Assembly (NCBI RefSeq): GCF_000143415.4
Contig: NW_003314354.1
Span: 286,575-350,574 of the forward strand
DNA length: 64,000 nt
Reading direction: 5' to 3'
Source: Selaginella moellendorffii
Lineage: Eukaryota; Plantae; Lycopodiophyta
Part shown: positions 58,908 through 64,000 of the stretch, piece by piece
Layout: each line of letters opens with the position of its first letter
How positions within the stretch are numbered: the stretch's first letter is position 1
Translations under genes and position numbers: made by a program
Notes under the pieces: generated by a model
Database searches by the model: none
Told to the model about the DNA's origin: nothing
Seen by the model: only the letters and a program-made list of their open reading frames with translations

Positions 58908-61900
58908 ACACTTCCATATGTCATGTGTTGGTCCTCTTATGTCCTTTTTCTAAAGACTCACTTATTGCTTGCTTTGTGTTTATTCTTTAAGCATTTCATT
59001 AAGTTTCACTCCCACTCTCAACTTTTTAAGTTGGAGCTTTTAATCTAAATGTGTTATACTCGTTTGGCTTTTGCTTCGGCCACTACCATTTGACACCCTT
59101 TCAATTCCACTTTAGGGCTTAGGGATTTGTGTCTCACAAATAGGCAACAGGTGCAGTCATAGTCAACACATTGCATGTGACACATGTTGTAGTGCCTTCT
59201 TCTCTCGCCCCATGTAGCTTGGCCACTTCCCATTGGCTGAGAGCAAACATCAGCACAATTATTCACTAAGATATGGTTAAAAAAATAACCTCTTTACAAT
59301 TACCCCCTATCGGATAGTTGTGATTGGCTAGATCCAGTGGCCTAGAAAGTTCAGCACTCCCAGATAAATATAAAATTAAACCACTGTTAGATGGTAGAAT
59401 ATCCCATTATATTCAACTAAATTCTAAATATATCCATTAGCATTCTGGTTAGCTTAAGTAGACAAAAAATAATAAATCTTAAATTTAAAAACCATTTAAT
59501 TGAGGAAAACAATAATTCAATTAAAAATTAAAGGCACACAACAAAGTAATAATATAGAAAAATCAAGGTTATTAAGAAGACTATACTAAAAATATACAAT
59601 GAGTGTTTTTAAGTACGGCTCAAAAAGTACATTTTACATTTAACAATACATGCTGATAGTTTTTGGAGTCACAAGTAAATAAAAAATAAAACCAAATAAA
59701 CCATTAAAAAATAGAGTATAGAAAGTATTCTAAATAAAATATATTAATTAATAAAAAGTTTTAATTTTTTATTTGTCTCTAAAGCTTTTTAAAATTAAAG
59801 TCATATTTAAATATTGTACACTTATTTTATTTATTTATTATTTATTCTGAATATAAAACTATCATATTAATTTTTAATAGTAAAATAAAAATCAGTTATT
59901 TCGTGTTATTCTATATTTTTAGTAAAGAACTATATTTTAACATTAGTTATGGTGTTGTTCAGCTAAAACTTAACATCAGCACTATTAACAATTAACTTAG
60001 TTTTACTATTTTTTTTTTGTTTTTGGATAAGATAGTATTGCTATAAATTTCAAAATTATTTATTGTTTATTTTATCAAAATTCTTTAGAAATGTATGAAA
60101 TTTTACTTTTATATTTACTGTTAGTTTAAAAAATTTGGATAATAATATTTATCTAACATTAAAAATGTAAGTCATGGTCAATTTAGAAAAAACATCAGTA
60201 TAAAGGAAGTAATATAAATTAAGAAATAAAAGCAAACTTTTATTTATATTTTTTATTTTTTATTTGTGGCTATGCATATTCATTAGAAATTCATATCTTT
60301 TCACTTTAGTTGAGCTTCTTGATATGATGTTTATTTGGATATTTATATTAATTATTCAAATAATTGTGATTGACTACTTGCACTAATAAAATTAAACAAT
60401 AATTATTTTTATATTAGTATTCTATATAATTAAATATAAAAAAATTTATATATTATTTTGTGAAACCAATATATTAACTGGTGAAGTACATGAAGGCTCA
60501 AGGTTATGTTTAAGTTTTATTTTTATTTTTATTTACCTATAATATATAAGTCCTACTTAATTTATAATTATAATAAATAACTAAAATCTTAGTAAAATGT
60601 CAATTAATATTTTTCAATTTTACTCTAGATACTGTGAGCTTATTTTTAAATTTTATTTAATATTTTTTAATTTAATTTATTTTTAAATAACAATTTAACA
60701 TAAATTTTATGAATCATAACATAAACAGAGGAATATAATATTAAATTTAAATAAATTTAGAATATATTTTTAATAAAATATATAAATATTGATGTTAAAG
60801 ATGAATAGTTTCACTTTAGATAGCAAAATAGTAATACATTTGTTTTTTATAATTTCATTAGTTTTTGCTTGTTATTTGTTTTAGTTATTAATTAATTTAA
60901 AAATCCCAAAGTCTATAATATTAAATTTTTTTAATAAATATTAGAAAAAATTTTATATAAAAATATTTATAGATTTTTGTAGTTTTAAGCTTTGAAAGGT
61001 TTTCAATTTAAATATTTTAATAAACTATTGAATAAGCTACTAACACCTGAAATCTCCAACCAAATGTTTTTACCAGATTGTGTTAGACTATGCGGTTTGC
61101 ATTCCACAGAAGCACTAGCACCTCTTATTGTACTATTTGGTGAGCATTGCAATAAGCACCTTTTCCATTCCCTATTGTTTATAGTGTATACAATAGATTA
61201 TATAACGATAAAATTTAATTTAATTTATTTATAGAAAGTTAAAAGACATTTATACATACATATAGACTTAATATGTGCTTTGTAAAGAAATCCAAGAAAT
61301 AAAATAAAAATAAATGTGTTACATACCAACAATCACTATAAAAGTGAAGAATCTTGCAAAGAATCAAATGTATTATGTATCGAAGAAAAATAAATTGTAT
61401 TATATACTTAAAAAGTCAAGCTATAAAAATTTAACACAAGATACAAAAATTGAACATGCTATTGGATAAGCAATCCAGAAATAAAGAATGAAACAAAGAA
61501 GAAAACCTTATATATACCCAAGTTTTTAGTTTTATTTTTTAAATTATAATAACCTTTTCATTAATTAATGTTATCATTTAGTTTTAACATTCTCTCATCC
61601 ATCTCAAAAATCAGAAATCACTGTCTAGCACATCTTTCACTTCTGAATTCTCATTGTTTTTCCAATATTTATTTTTTCTTAATTTTTTTTTCAGCACCTT
61701 TCTTTAACAATGGCAATGTGCATACTGTGCTTTTTCATGAGCTAGTGGAAGTTCTTGTGTTCTGTAATCACTTGATCAACTTAAAATGTATAAACAACAT
61801 TTCTCTATTTTGGTCAAGGCAAAGGTGGGGAACGATACTGGAAAGGCAACTCCTAAAAGGCAACTCCCCTTGAGAGAGTCTATGAGGTTGTGAACCACGT

Positions 61901-61959
61901 CCCATCCAGTGAGCATGAAGGCTGGCCGAAGCTTGAAAGGAGCTCTCTCCCTGTTTTCT

Positions 61960-62700
61960 CAAGTTTTTCTTCAAGTTAGATATGATCTGTGCCGCAGCCA
62001 CGAAAATGCCATCATGCCATATTGGACAGTTGAATGGAGGAGATCTCATAGGCAAATCCATCATGTAGCTGCTTTTGTGTTTGTAACCTTTCTCTTTCTG
62101 CAGTGAAAGCACAGATAATAGCTTCGTTGGACGGTATAGCAGTGCAACCTCCGCGAGGTGGTGGAGTTCCCCGGGAAACTGATGACAATAACGGTGGCTG
62201 GAACGCTGGTGATGGTGGACTGGAGGCTATGGTGGCGGAGGATGGAACGCCGGCGGTGAAATGGCTGGAACACTGGCGACAATGGTGGCGGAGGCTGGAA
62301 CACCGGCAGCGAGGATGGTCGTTGCGGCTGGACGACAGGCAGCGACAATGCTGGTGTGCTGGAGGCTGGAACAGGTGGCAGAGGCTGGAACACCGGCAGC
62401 GAAGATGGTGGTCGAAATGGCTGGGGCAGTGGAGAAGTGTGATAACAATGCTACTTGGAACTCCCAGCAACGAGCACGGAGGAGGACCAAGCTCGCGAGT
62501 GATACCAATGAAGAAGACAATCCCGAGTAGTCCCTGCATAGAACGCGAGCAGTGGTGAGTCGCAAGTGGTGATGCTGGAGAGGACTAGAGGAGCAAGCGT
62601 TTTGGCCGATTTTGGAGAGATTTTAGTTAGCGGGCGAAATCTTTGTTTGACAAGTTTTGGTCGCTCGCTTGGATCCACGGCGCTACAAGGAGATGGTCGC
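61960..62700 (+). pseudogene. Inverted, frameshifted duplicate of the 3' end (last intron and GW exon) of the SPT5-like gene
   Basis: KAQIIASLDGIAVQPPRGG..NGGWNAGDGG matches EAQIIASLDGTALQQPRGG..GGGWNADDGG. Frameshifts follow. Confidence 0.85.
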
Positions 62701-63206
62701 GCTGGGGAGCATCAGCTTCGCCGCGACCCCCAGTTGATGCTGATGGTGATGCCTTCCGCCGCTCGGGCACTGGATCGCGCCGAAGAGCCTGGAATTCTCG
62801 ACGTGGGAGGAATTTCAGAAGCTTCCTCAAGCACGGTCTATGCTGAAATTTGGAGATCCGCGAGAAACATGGAGCTCTTTTCTATACTGTTAAGTTGTGA
62901 TGTTCTTTTAAATATCAGCAGACTTTTAGAGAGCTGGAAGAGAACGAGACATGAATTACAATAGGAAGAGGAAGCAGGAGGCAGAAGATGCGAAGAGAAA
63001 AACTAAAAGATTCATTTCGGCATTACTGCGAATGGAATGTTGGCCGTGGTAAGCTCTTTCGTTTCGATTCTTTTATGGACGTCAAGCATTTGCTTGCAGG
63101 GAAAACTTAAGGGTTTGCTGCTCACTTTGTTTTCAGGCAGAGATATACCCTTTATCACGAATCTTTAAAAGGAAGAGGCCTCAAAGGGTTTCTCCAAACT
63201 AGGGCA

Positions 63207-64000
63207 ATGGCTTTGTGGATCCTCACGCACCCGTTTTCGCGCAGGCCCCCGAGGTACTGGGGCTTGCCTCACAGGTTCACCGTCCTAGCGGCGATCTCCC
63301 TGCTGTGGATAGCTCTCGGCAGCATCCCGCTCTATGGTATGTCCAAGACGCCGGCAGCTGGCTGGGCATGGGTGCGCGAGGTGTTCGCATCCAGCCCAGG
63401 AACTCTCACAGACCTGGGAGTGATATGCTTGGTGGCTGCTAGTCAGGTGAGGGTGAGGTTGCCAATGAGCGAGGAGGTGCCCATGCCCGAAGACAAAGTA
63501 ACGAAGTTCGTCATGTTTGGCGTGTCGCTGCTCCTCCCAGTGCTGCCCCTTGCTGCTGGTCGCTATGGAAGTGATCTCGGTGTTCTCAAGGCGCTGCTGC
63601 TCTATGCCCAGCTCTGCCTTGCGAATTGCGTCGCGTGCTTGCTCGTGATTGCCTGCGAGTTTCGGCGCTGGGGAATAGGAGTTGACATTGCGGAGCTCCT
63701 CCCGGCGGCGACTCTGGCCAAGAGCTTGGTTGTCAAGGCGTTGAGCCCTTTCCCTCCAGCGGCACCGGTTAGTGGCAGAAGGTTTGAAGGTGCGCTGCTT
63801 CACGGGCTGTCTGTGGTGCGTGGCAATTACAGTGGGAGTGCGTTTTATAGTGCTCTTGGCACCGGCGGCGGCGGCGATCTTGCTTCTGGGAATGAAGTGG
63901 TGAGCTTGTGGAGTGTGCTTGCCACAGTCACTTTTGTGGCGGCCGCGTACAAACTCCAGAAGAATCGGAAGTTCACGCTCTTTCAAGTCTCGGACTGGCT
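63207..64000 (+). CDS. Second copy of the divergent Sec61-alpha-like gene, open to the window end
   Basis: MALWILTHPFSRRPPRYWGLPHRF..GSIPLYG.., no stop to 64000. Retains KALSPF..SGRRFEGALLHGL..AFYS (cf. Sec61a KAFSP..GRGxEFEGAV..AFYR). Confidence 0.82.
   Translation, partial: MALWILTHPFSRRPPRYWGLPHRFTVLAAISLLWIALGSIPLYGMSKTPAAGWAWVREVFASSPGTLTDLGVICLVAASQVRVRLPMSEEVPMPEDKVTKFVMFGVSLLLPVLPLAAGRYGSDLGVLKALLLYAQLCLANCVACLLVIACEFRRWGIGVDIAELLPAATLAKSLVVKALSPFPPAAPVSGRRFEGALLHGLSVVRGNYSGSAFYSALGTGGGGDLASGNEVVSLWSVLATVTFVAAAYKLQKNRKFTLFQVSDW

Noticed and set aside
59300-61700. Very AT-rich tract (also 54700-55800)
   Set aside because: No termini, periodicity or credible ORFs found by eye.

Overview
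Gene-dense, short-intron (~45-100 nt) land-plant nuclear DNA, most likely a lycophyte such as Selaginella. That assignment is inferred from the compact introns, the many long intronless PLS-class PPR genes with tandem short S-type motifs, and an ALDH21-type fragment. Conserved genes: plastid-type purH, three PPR genes, an ESR/DRN-type AP2/ERF, a DUF863 protein, an EF-hand ATP-Mg/Pi mitochondrial carrier, eIF3j, an SPT5-family gene with a GW-repeat tail, tRNA-Ala(AGC) and tRNA-Leu(UAG). These are interleaved with duplicated debris: a ~6.3 kb imperfect palindrome, a MITE, Helitron-like termini beside fragments of ALDH, SDR, PurL, peroxidase and GCP/TsaD genes, and GH5, CDPK and PPR pseudogenes. 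Five loci stand out. (1) Two intronless, highly diverged Sec61-alpha paralogues; the complete copy appears to keep the 10 TM segments but to have lost the cytosolic ribosome-binding loops. (2) A gene encoding a Ubl-like header plus a catalytically dead trypsin-like domain. (3) A divergent SPT5 paralogue with an Argonaute-hook-like tail. (4) A divergent SWEET-like 7-TM ORF. (5) A PPR fused to an FGxHxG..LP..YLxW domain. All homology calls are by eye from remembered family motifs; no searches were run.
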